Below are positions 1 to 9,611 of a stretch of 64,000 nucleotides of DNA, piece by piece. The position numbers and the translations under genes are program-made. The stretch covers positions 16,430,001-16,494,000 of the forward strand of contig NW_026889751.1 of assembly GCF_033153115.1 (NCBI RefSeq), written 5' to 3'. Origin of the DNA: Saccostrea echinata. Lineage: Eukaryota. Numbering within the stretch: the stretch's first letter is position 1; each line of letters opens with the position of its first letter. A model generated the notes under the pieces. The model did not search any database, was not told where the DNA came from, and was given only the letters and a program-made list of their open reading frames with translations.

Positions 1-540
1 GGGCAAAAGGGTAAAGGTCAAGGTAAAAATTCAATTACAATTAACATTTTCCAGATGATCACTTTAGTTTTCTTTGAGCTTCTTCAATAAAATTTTATAT
101 CTCATCTCCCTATGACCTAAAGAAGAACCAACTGTCGATTTTGAGGAGAAAAAAGTCAGAGGTCAAGGTCATAATCTGTCTGTGCAACTTTTTTTCCCAA
201 TGTACGTCTTAAAAAGCCTTTGCCATTGAGATTTTGCAGTGAATTTCCATGGCCTTAAAAAAAATCATATTGATTTTTAGGTCAAAAGGTCGAAGAGATA
301 TATATTGCATATATAGTTTTCACATAATAATTTTAGTTTTTCTGTAAACTTTTGCAATGAAACTTTCGGTCAAGAATTCCTGTAATTTTAAAAAAGAGTC
401 CTATTGACGTTAACGCCATTAGGTGAAAGATCAAGAATGACCTTGTTTTCTTTCTCCATCTGCAATTTTTTCCCCCAGTTTTTCTTCCCTATAATTTTTT
501 TCCTTAAGAGGGGGATACAAATTCTGTGAAATAGCTTGTT
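1..540 (+). mobile_element. 3' part of a Helentron/Helitron-derived non-autonomous element (HINE-like) with degenerate internal repeats
   Basis: Recurrent AAAGGTCAAGGT / GATTTTTAGGTCAAAAGGTC motifs at roughly 140-bp spacing, ending GAGGGGGATACAAATTCTGTGAAATAGCTTGTT, a typical bivalve HINE-like 3' end (from recall, not searched). Confidence 0.5.
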
Positions 541-602
541 TTATTTTAGATTTAAGGACACATCACTCTTACTGCATAAAATAAAAATCCCATGGAATAA
601 GA

Positions 603-744
603 NNNNNNNNNNNNNNNNNNNNNNNNNNNNNNNNNNNNNNNNNNNNNNNNNNNNNNNNNNNNNNNNNNNNNNNNNNNNNNNNNNNNNNNNNNNNNNNNNN
701 NNNNNNNNNNNNNNNNNNNNNNNNNNNNNNNNNNNNNNNNNNNN
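603..744. other. Assembly gap (run of N)
   Basis: Continuous N run. Confidence 0.99.
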
Positions 745-1097
745 AAATTGAGTTATATATTATAGATTTCTTTTTTTAAACTTGAAAATTTAAGATAGAT
801 CACAATGCAGAAACATTAATGAATTTTGAACTCTTAAGTGCTCAGTGTATAGAGGGACTTTAAAACTTTCCAATAATTAGTATTGCGCAAGTTTTTTTTT
901 CAATACATGTATCTAGAACATATACCATTGAGGCAATGGGGCGTATCGTGGAAATTGACAACAATGGATGTACGCATTTATATTCATAGCCATTTAAAGT
1001 TTAATTAATAAGCAATATATTCGGAATACACCTTTTATAGTTTTGATTTAAAGAGTATTACCTTTCAATTCCTATTTGTTTTTATTTTCAATTTCAG

Positions 1098-1273
1098 AAG
1101 AGCCTTCGCTGTGCAAAACTTATACATAGAAAAGTATTTCGCAAAACAAAAACGCATTCATGAATATAAAAGACAAATATTGACGAGTAACCCCCAGAGA
1201 CGACATGGATTTTAAAATTCATTCACGTCATCCGCAATGCTCGTCACTCTATGTAGTGGTCAATACCAAAGCG
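1098..1273 (+). other. Probable upstream exon of the 1649-3184 gene
   Basis: Acceptor ttttcaatttcag at 1097 and consensus donor GCG|GTAAGT at 1274. Intron 1274-1636 ends at tattttcag, 12 nt before the ATG at 1649. Confidence 0.6.
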
Positions 1274-1648
1274 GTAAGTAAAGCTTAGCTTGTGTATAAA
1301 TTAATAGAAAATAACTTCAGTAGGGCGATCTTTGAATTTACATGTACAAGGTCGAGTTCAGATATACATGCACATTATAATATATCAGATATAAGTTGGT
1401 CAAACGGGTATCTTTTCTGTATTAAACATATTTTTGGTTGTTTATGTTTGCGAAAAAAAAAAAAAACTTCTATGAGGCTATTTCTCAAGTAAAGGAACAG
1501 TCATTATACTGCCCGTGCAACTGATACACATTCGGTAAAGCTTGAAATTGGAAAGTCAAGGGACTTTCTTTTATACATTCACGTCTTTTAAATATCTCTG
1601 AATGGCATATACGTATTACATAATTAATATTTTCAGACAACAATAGTA

Positions 1649-3184
1649 ATGGGTTGTTCTTCAAGCACAGAAGTCAGAGCTGTTTCTCCAACGATCAACA
1701 CCAACAATAGCCATGTACATCATCAGCCTCATCTACAGCAATTTCAACAACAACATTATGAAAGCCAACAACTAAATCACAAACAAGAAAATCATGGAAG
1801 TCAACATCAAAACTATCAATCACACGACCAACAGCAGCAAATAACAATGATAAGCCACAACACACAAAACCAGAACAACTCCCCTCCACCAGCAATTGAA
1901 CCTCCAAATCGGTCATCGGACACTGCACATATCCAAAAGGGTAACATACTCAGTGATCAGAATGAGAAAAGTGACGAAGTCCAAGGCAAACCTTTCCTAA
2001 AATACGCTGCACCATCTCACCCTCTGAACACAGGCTCGGGTCTTGCAGTTGACATCGACGATTATATGGAGCTTGACTCAAAAATAGCAAGTTCAAATGC
2101 GATATTGTCTAAAGAAGAAAGCGTTGAAAATATAAAAGCAAGACTCGCCGAGTACGGCGTCTTCAAGGAGAGTTATAATGTTAGGGAACTCAGTGAGCAC
2201 AATTCTGATCAGGAATATTTGGAATTGTTTAGTTTCCATGGTGATGTTGTTTCGATGCCGGCATTATTCGATTTATGTAGTCCATATATTTTTGCGATCG
2301 AAAGAACTAGATTACTGGAAAATGAGCCAGATCTTCCCGAGTCTGAATACTTTACCTCGGAGTTTCACCATTGGTTTGAATCCCCTTATCCAGTACCGAT
2401 TTCAAGCCTACTCCATGATGGACTTGACACCAAAACTATATCAATGTGCATGAAAAAGTGCCGGGTTAGCACGCTAAGGACAGGAAAGAAAGAGGAGGCT
2501 AACGATCTAAAGAAGGATGTGAACGTACTCTTAGAAGAGATTACACAAAATATCCAAGAACCAACTCAAAATCAAATGGAATACAAAGACCAGCTTCAAC
2601 GCGCGTACAAACGATTTGAGATTACCCTTGCTTCTCAAGGAGAAATAGAAGTGAGCAGACCATCAGGGGATCCAAACGAACAAACATTTCCATTACCTGA
2701 TGTTTTCCAAAAGAATCCCAAACTTATACGGAACTGGATTGAGAATTGGCAAACAATGGACACTATTGTTGGGCCGGGAGACGGATGGGATTTCAGTTTG
2801 AAACAGTGGGAATTGTTCGAAAAGGGCAGTGATGAAATGAAAATTGACGACACAAAACTACACAGGACAGAACTTGATGATGTACCAGCCCTCGATCTTT
2901 CCATTGATGGAGAAGCCGGATGGGATGTGATTCCGGTGGATATCGTAAAAAATGACATCACAACTCCGGAACAGGAAGAAATCTGGAAGGCTAGAGAAAA
3001 TCGAAAGGACTTGAATGATCCAGAGCGCATGGCAAAACGACGATTAACAATTGAAGAGTACTTTAAGAAGAAGTATGAAACAAATTTTTCTTGGGCTTCC
3101 GAGAGAGTGGTAGAATTTAGAGGTTTTGCTGACAATTTAGTAAAAGCCGAAAAGGAGTTTCAGGCACTTTGTGAGGAAAGTTGA
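1649..3184 (+). CDS. Uncharacterised 511-aa protein; N-terminal MGCSSS myristoylation/palmitoylation signal, Q/H/N-rich disordered region, acidic C-terminal region
   Basis: 1.5-kb uninterrupted ORF in AT-rich DNA, preceded by a splice acceptor, with AATAAA near 3480. No domain recognised. Confidence 0.88.
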   Translation: MGCSSSTEVRAVSPTINTNNSHVHHQPHLQQFQQQHYESQQLNHKQENHGSQHQNYQSHDQQQQITMISHNTQNQNNSPPPAIEPPNRSSDTAHIQKGNILSDQNEKSDEVQGKPFLKYAAPSHPLNTGSGLAVDIDDYMELDSKIASSNAILSKEESVENIKARLAEYGVFKESYNVRELSEHNSDQEYLELFSFHGDVVSMPALFDLCSPYIFAIERTRLLENEPDLPESEYFTSEFHHWFESPYPVPISSLLHDGLDTKTISMCMKKCRVSTLRTGKKEEANDLKKDVNVLLEEITQNIQEPTQNQMEYKDQLQRAYKRFEITLASQGEIEVSRPSGDPNEQTFPLPDVFQKNPKLIRNWIENWQTMDTIVGPGDGWDFSLKQWELFEKGSDEMKIDDTKLHRTELDDVPALDLSIDGEAGWDVIPVDIVKNDITTPEQEEIWKARENRKDLNDPERMAKRRLTIEEYFKKKYETNFSWASERVVEFRGFADNLVKAEKEFQALCEES

Positions 3185-3526
3185 TTTAATCTACAGACTT
3201 TATCCTTGTAAGATATCGTTTTGTTATACATCTTTGTTTAAAATTTGTTCATAAACATGATTGTTTGTTACAACTAATAGTTTTCTTCGAGGTCACAAGG
3301 AATTTGCTTGAGACTAGTGCTGCTTAATGGGAGAAGGTGCATTAATCTTAAAAAACATGCGGATTTAAGATGTGAAAACTTTTAAAATACTCTTGTCTTT
3401 CCGACATACATGTATTTTCTTTTAATCGTTAAATTAAAATTCTTCACCAAAGAAGTGATCATGCAGATTTTTATTGACAAATAAACCAAGAACACTACAT
3501 ATTATAGTGTTCTATAATATACATTT

Positions 3527-3667
3527 TTATAATATACACCTATTTACTGGCTATGAGAATAATAGAAAGTTTATTGTCCCCCAGAACGGCAACTATTTGC
3601 CGAGGCGCAGTCGAAGAAATTAGTTCTTGCTATTGTCCGACTGGTCAGTAAATAGGTGTTTTATTAT
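3527..3667. mobile_element. Short palindromic MITE-like element
   Basis: Inverted ends ATAATATACACCTATTTACTGGC / GGTCAGTAAATAGGTGTTTTATTAT and central CCGAGGCGCAGTCG. A related core recurs at about 3870-3935. Confidence 0.6.
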
Positions 3668-4259
3668 AAACTTTGAACCTTCAAGCCCCGATTTCTACAT
3701 GATGATCTTTGCGTATCAAGCAGGCACGTAGTATCGGGATGGGGGGTGGAGGGGCCGCTTTTTTCCAAGCATAACATTTGCTGAAAATGATCACTGAAAG
3801 GTCAACACCCCCACCCTTTGTTGTAGTATATTCAAATCACCCCCTACCCCCCAACAGCAAGTTTTTGCCCCCAGGACAGCAACTATCCGGCGAGGCGCAG
3901 CCGGGGGAAATAGTTGCGATCGAGGGGTACAAATAGGATTTTCGAGTTGAATAATTTTTTTCTTTTAATTGTTGCTCGCCAGTTCTTTCAGGTAAGTTAT
4001 ATTTTTTTCTGGCTGTCCTCACCCCTTCCCATTCAAAAACGATACTACGTGCCGGTCAGGATTATTATTTGTACTCCCTGTAGGTCTTCCGTTTTCAAAA
4101 CTTAACACTCCTACTGTGACGTATCTCAGCGTAACGGTTTGAGCTTGTATCTAGATGATGCAAGGAAACTCCACACAAGTTTTTTTTTCGTTCCTGGCAT
4201 TGTCCAAATGGCCTTGCATTTTTTTTCTCTGTATTTTTTAATTATCTTCCCTCATGAGT

Positions 4260-4487
4260 GGCCTTGTAGCAACCGCCAATGATAAAACGCCGCTTGATAA
4301 TAGAAATGGCATTGCAATTGCAACGCTTATTGCCACAAATTATTGCATTAAAAGTTGACATTCTCATTAAGCGGTTGAGAATGTCAACTATTAATGCAAT
4401 AATTTATGAATTAAGCGTTGCATTGCAACGCTTAATGATATTTCTATCATTTAACGGCGTTTTATCATTTGTGGTTGCTACATGGCC
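4260..4487. mobile_element. MITE with ~45-bp terminal inverted repeats
   Basis: GGCCTTGTAGCAACCGCCAATGATAAAACGCCG ... CGGCGTTTTATCATTTGTGGTTGCTACATGGCC. Confidence 0.8.
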
Positions 4488-4584
4488 TTCCAACTTTTTG
4501 TTAGACTTGGTAGCAAGTAAAGATTTGATCACATGACCAACCCCTTTCTATATCTCGATAGATGTTTCAAAATCATACCTTTTT

Positions 4585-4866
4585 CATGGCCATAGGAACG
4601 GGGGGGGGGGGGGGGCACGGCCCCCGTGTCCCCAATAATTGCCGATATATAATTTACTACAGTAAACATAGATACTATATGCTTGTGCCACCTCAATAAA
4701 AACGAATGATGACCGTTTTCTTTTATTTGCTTGTCAAGGAATTTTTGGTAGGTGACCATTTTTTTTTGTTTGCTTGTCAGGAAATTTTTGGTAGTGCCCC
4801 CTCAGCTGTCAAGTGAAAAATGTATGGCTGTGCCCCCCCAAACTGAAATTGCTTCCTACGGGCCTG
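4585..4866. mobile_element. Poly-G/C non-autonomous DNA element; related copies at ~16707-16954 and ~17723-17956
   Basis: Ends CATGGCCATAGGAA ... TTCCTACGGGCCTG. The reverse-orientation copy at 17723 starts CAGGCCAGTAGGAAGCAATTTCAGTTTGGGGG. Confidence 0.7.
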
Positions 4867-5402
4867 TTTTTTCCTTGACCAAGATACTGCAATTGGGGAT
4901 TTAAACGTAATTTTTGTGGAAAACGGTTAATACATACTTCCGTAAAATTTCTAAATATTTTGTTTACTTTGGTTTTTACACATTTTTTTTGCTTTAAAAA
5001 ACTTTAGAACGTCCAATTTTATACTTACGTACAAGAAACAGATTCTTTCCATATCCTATTTCCCACAATATTTGCAGTATGATGTATCTATTTTCAGGTT
5101 CCCTTTGTTTCATGTATTTATAGTCTATTGCTTTACAAGGTACATAACATTTTATTTAGTTTAAATCTATTAGCAGCCAGATTAAAAAAGAACAAGATTT
5201 AAAAAAATGTGTATTATATGTATTTGAAGTGAAATATTCTGATGCCTGGTAAATCCAGAAAACCGAAAGTAGCCTATTATCTAATCTTCAGAGTGCCTTG
5301 TTCATGTTTTTCCATTCAATCATTTTGCAAGTTGGTTGTGTATATTGTAAGTAGGCCTATGTCAGAGGCAAATACAAAAGATTTATGAATGAAATTTTCA
5401 TA

Positions 5403-5577
5403 CAGTTGAACTTCGGTATCTCAAACACTGATATCTCGAATATCATGGATATATCAAAGTGAATTGGAAGTCCCAACCTCTTATTCTTTAAGTATTTTAT
5501 CCCGGATATCTTGAATCCTCAGATATCTCGAAGTTTTTTCTTGGTCCCATCAAGTTCAAGATAACAAGGTTTGACTG
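5403..5577. mobile_element. Tc1/mariner-type MITE (TA target duplication)
   Basis: TA|CAGTTGAACTTCG ... AAGGTTTGACTG|TA with internal GATATCTCGAA repeats. Same family in reverse at 47553-47718. Confidence 0.75.
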
Positions 5578-5582
5578 TATAA

Positions 5583-5734
5583 TAAAACAATTACTCACTT
5601 TAATTTCTGATACAAGGATTTATCAATCCAAAGAAACATGAAGAGTTTGGCTTCACCTTGGTTCGTATACTCATCTTGATTCTTTGGATTGACAAATCTT
5701 TGTATGACCCTCAAAGAAAATCAATAATTGTTTT
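5583..5734. mobile_element. Palindromic MITE-like element
   Basis: TACAAGGATTTATCAATCCAAAGAA pairs with TTCTTTGGATTGACAAATCTTTGTA; outer AAAACAATTA / TAATTGTTTT. Confidence 0.65.
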
Positions 5735-6980
5735 AATATCATTTAAATAACAAACAATTCAGATATTCAAATTGTTTAATGAACACATCATTTACATAAA
5801 TACATATATTTAAACATGAAACCGTGAAACGTTTACAAAATTAAATTGCAATGAACAAACTTCAACCTTATTTTGTTGTACCTGAAATCTGCTCACCTAG
5901 AATCATGCACTTCCATTGTCCTCAGCACTATTCACAAGTATTAAGCAATTATTTGCAAGCTGCCTCTCTGCCGAGGGCTTTATTACATTTAAAATCCCGA
6001 ACATCCTCTCCATCTGTATATATCAGTCAACTTCCATCTCTGACGTAACTTGAAATTGAAAATAACTACCAATCTAATACAATGCTCAACAATTTTGTAA
6101 AAATGTCACGGTAAAAGCTAGATATAGAATGGTAATTACAATGCAAATGTTTGTACAGACATATATACATGTACCTCTGCTCGAGAACAACAAATGTGTG
6201 CTTGCAAAAATATGAGATGTTCTAGACCCCCCAAATTCTATTCTTTTTGACAATAATAAAGCATACTGCCTTTTCAGTTTTTAAATCTCTTTCATATTCT
6301 GTTTAATTTTTTTTTTGGTGATGAAATTATAATTTATATTCAGCAATATGAACCTTACCACGTTCATGACAACAAATGGAATCGCTTCTCACATCGCTTC
6401 TCAAGCCTACAGTAGCTTAAGATGGCTCATCAACTGAAAGAGAAAATAAATTCAAACATTAGATATGATTGTCTCAGATCAATTTATAGAAAATTTATCA
6501 AAATTGATAACTAATGATTTTTTTTTAAATTTGAAGATCCTCCCCCAAAGATTTGTGCATCAAAAAAGAGATAAGATTGATGCAACCTAGAGTTATCTAA
6601 TTTATGAATAATCAATCATGTTTTCATAACTAGATTTATAAAACCTGTAAATGAAGAAGATAACAAAAACAAAATGACAGTAAGACACATACATTAGATT
6701 TTTTTTCTATACTCCACCGTTTATAGGATTGAAACTTTTCCAAAAATCTTTTCCTTGGATGGAAAGCTGGAAGTGTAAATAAATTTGTTTAGAAATTTTT
6801 TCTTTCAACAATCAATAAAAATTTGATTTGTTGTTCTCAAGCACAAAAAATATTACATTTTAGAAACAAAGAAATCATCCCTACATCATTCATCAAGGTC
6901 ATACAATTTTACAATAGAAAACATGACCATGCACAAAATATTTCACACATCAATGGCTCAAGCCATCTTCATTTCGTGAA

Positions 6981-7940
6981 TTAATCATCACCACATCTGC
7001 CATAGGAGTGATCATTTTCATGCACCTTTCTCGACTTATTAGAACACAAATCACACAATTCCACTGATACTGAAGATCCTGAAACGTGGAGGCAAATGCC
7101 TCTCGAGTCTGTTGATGTATCCAGATTTTCTCCAAATGAATTTCTGGTGTCATGCGTACCTGTTTTGCCATCTTTCTTCAAGTCTGTTTCGTCATTTTTT
7201 TCTTCAGGTGGCTCTACCAGTTTGAAGGATGACCTAGTAACTTTCCGTTTCTTCACTTCTGAATTGTTTATTTTTGAAACATTCTCTTGATTCTCCAAAC
7301 ACCTTTTACGTTTTGACTGTGTAGTTGGGGGTTTCACGCTATTGTTATTTTTTTCTGTTGGGGGCTTGATGGATGTTGAAAATGAAAGACCAGGAATATC
7401 AGACAGTTTGTTAAGTATGGTTGCCAGTGTAGACTGATTAGCCAGCACACCTTTTAAGTATTCAACCTCAGAGGTCAAATTACTGACAGTCTCTTTCAGA
7501 GATTTACACTCACTTTTTAATTCCAAATTTTCTGTTTTTAATTTATTAACAGAATTTTCCAAATTTTTCACATACTCTTTCTTCTTTTGGCGATTTTCTC
7601 TTGCATTTATAGCATTTCTCGACATACAAGGTGCATATTCTCTGCTTGAATGGGTTCCTTTCTGAAATCGATCTTCAACGGTCACTGAAACAATTTCCAT
7701 ATTCTCCTCAGATATGTACCCCAATAACCCGGTATCTTGGGAAGTTTTAAGAGGAACTGCCATCGTACAGTTATTGTTTTCTGAATGACTATGATCAGGA
7801 AGTGTTACGAGACCATCAAAGAGGTCTAATTCGCTCATTTCACAAGGAGATCCCGCGGATAAGCTAGGGCTGGGATCTTCCTCCACAACGATTGCCTCTG
7901 TGTTACTGTCAAAAAACGAAAGGGGGCTGTTTGACAACAT
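6981..7940 (-). CDS. CREBZF: CREB/ATF bZIP transcription factor (CREBZF/Zhangfei-like), ~319 aa
   Basis: Basic region and zipper RNAINARENRQKKKEYVKNLE...EVEYLKGVLANQSTLATIL, C-terminal GICLHVSGSSVSVELCDLC motif typical of CREBZF, and a DHSY HCF-binding motif. The first in-frame ATG is at 7940; the ORF track starts at a GTG at 8012. Confidence 0.9.
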   Translation of the reverse strand: MLSNSPLSFFDSNTEAIVVEEDPSPSLSAGSPCEMSELDLFDGLVTLPDHSHSENNNCTMAVPLKTSQDTGLLGYISEENMEIVSVTVEDRFQKGTHSSREYAPCMSRNAINARENRQKKKEYVKNLENSVNKLKTENLELKSECKSLKETVSNLTSEVEYLKGVLANQSTLATILNKLSDIPGLSFSTSIKPPTEKNNNSVKPPTTQSKRKRCLENQENVSKINNSEVKKRKVTRSSFKLVEPPEEKNDETDLKKDGKTGTHDTRNSFGENLDTSTDSRGICLHVSGSSVSVELCDLCSNKSRKVHENDHSYGRCGDD

Positions 7941-8012
7941 CTTGCTATTAAAAATGATTTGATGTATGAGAAATCGGTTGTGATTTGTTGATTTCTCGTA
8001 CCAGACTCTCAC

Positions 8013-8185
8013 CTTTATAAAAAATGCGGAATCCCAGCCATATCTTTGTTCGTTGAGTGTGCGTTTTGTCGAATTTCATGTGCGCATGCGTAAAAATATT
8101 CCTGGCGGAAGCGACCAGGATCAAGGGCAGATAATTAGTCAAAGAGTTGCAATATTCGATCTTTTTTTTCATCAATTGATGCAAA
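8013..8185 (-). promoter_or_regulatory. Putative CREBZF promoter / 5' region
   Basis: TATAAAG at 8019-8013 (alternatively AAG|GTGAGA donor of a 68-nt 5'UTR intron 8012-7945), NRF1-like TGCGCATGCG at 8081-8090, ETS-like GGCGGAAG at ~8104, and two TGATGnAAn elements at 8166-8185. Confidence 0.5.
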
Positions 8186-8350
8186 TGGAAAATTATAGAA
8201 TACAAATATTATAAAAATTATACAATACAAATGAAAAACCATACAATACAAATATTAAATTATCAATACAAATGGAAAATTATACAAAGCAAATAGAAAA
8301 TTGTTGTAGGATACAAGTGGAAAATTAAATACATTACAAATGGAAAAGAT
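8186..8350. repeat. Degenerate AT-rich tandem repeat (ATACAAATGGAAAATT-like)
   Basis: The motif recurs several times at about 20-25-bp spacing. Confidence 0.55.
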
Positions 8351-9611
8351 AGAGTATTGCAACGTTTGACATGCCATAAACACATATACCCCCCTCATTC
8401 AAAATGTCATTAATTTACATAAAATACTGCGAATAGCTTGCCGTTAAATGTCAGACAATATTATAATTCATCGATACTCATAATTCATCTTCAGCGTTCA
8501 AAATTGAAGAATAAAAATCAATAAATAGATAAATAAATTAAAAATATAAAAAAGAAAGTCTCATTTACTTATTCTTAAGAAACTTTTAAATAACCATACC
8601 CAATTTTCTCTATTGCTTACAGTATAATCAAATTACATACATGTAGCTGCTACCTTATAATTTCAATAACTCTTAATATCATTGGGGGTCCAAACCTCCG
8701 CCCTTCCCCGGGGTAACAAAATACCTTGTTGATAATTGTGCAAACTTTTACTTCAAAAGAGTCATGAATAACCAGAAAACAAATCTAGATTTTTTAAGTC
8801 AAACAGGCATCTTGTTGCGAAATCTTTTCTTTAATTTTATTTTTACGTGCCTCAGACAAATGGTGTTGTATATTAACTTTCGGAAAATTACAAATATCAG
8901 AAGTGTAAACTTCTTATTTTATCCAAATAATCAATACTTTGAAATAATTGGTTGGGAACATCCTATTTTCCTCTTGTCTGGCCCACGAATGTGCTACTCT
9001 GTGATCACTTCATTTTTTTTCACGAAGTGGCTAGAATGGGGAGGGGGAGGCTTAGTTGGCTAGAATGGGGAAGGGTGGGCCAGGGAGTCTATATTTTTAC
9101 TAGCTGAAGAACCGTATTGTGATGATAAGAGTTAGATATTATTTTTATACCACTCTTTTTATATATCTTAGACACGTGTTTCCAGTGTTTGGAGCAGTAT
9201 ATGTTACTCAGCGTTTCTCCAACCTATATATTTACGCCAGATTTTTCCAAATATATTTTCATATAATACATGAATTAAGCCATTAGTGTGTGAAGATGTG
9301 TTACTGTATATGTAAAATAAATTATTCAGTTACGTTATTTGTGGACTAAATTGAAAGGATATACAACTAATTCAAGTTAAACGAACAATTAAAATGTACA
9401 GAAGCAAAACGGATCATGGGAGGAAAACGGGCTACGCCGGAGCTGGATCTGCCTGTAAACATTGTTCAGAAAAATATTGGGCGACCTTAAAAAGGACCGA
9501 AGACCCTGGCATGAGAGAGATTATAAAAAGGAATAATGTTTGACACATTATTTATTGAGGGGGAGGAGGCATATGTACGCACTATGCTTAGTTTCCCATC
9601 CTTGTTTATAG

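Noticed and set aside
536-751. 71-aa ORF
   Set aside because: It spans the N gap.
7941-8012. 24-aa N-terminal extension of CREBZF from a GTG start
   Set aside because: Eukaryotic gene; this GTG fits a splice donor or TATA-proximal sequence, and the first ATG is at 7940.
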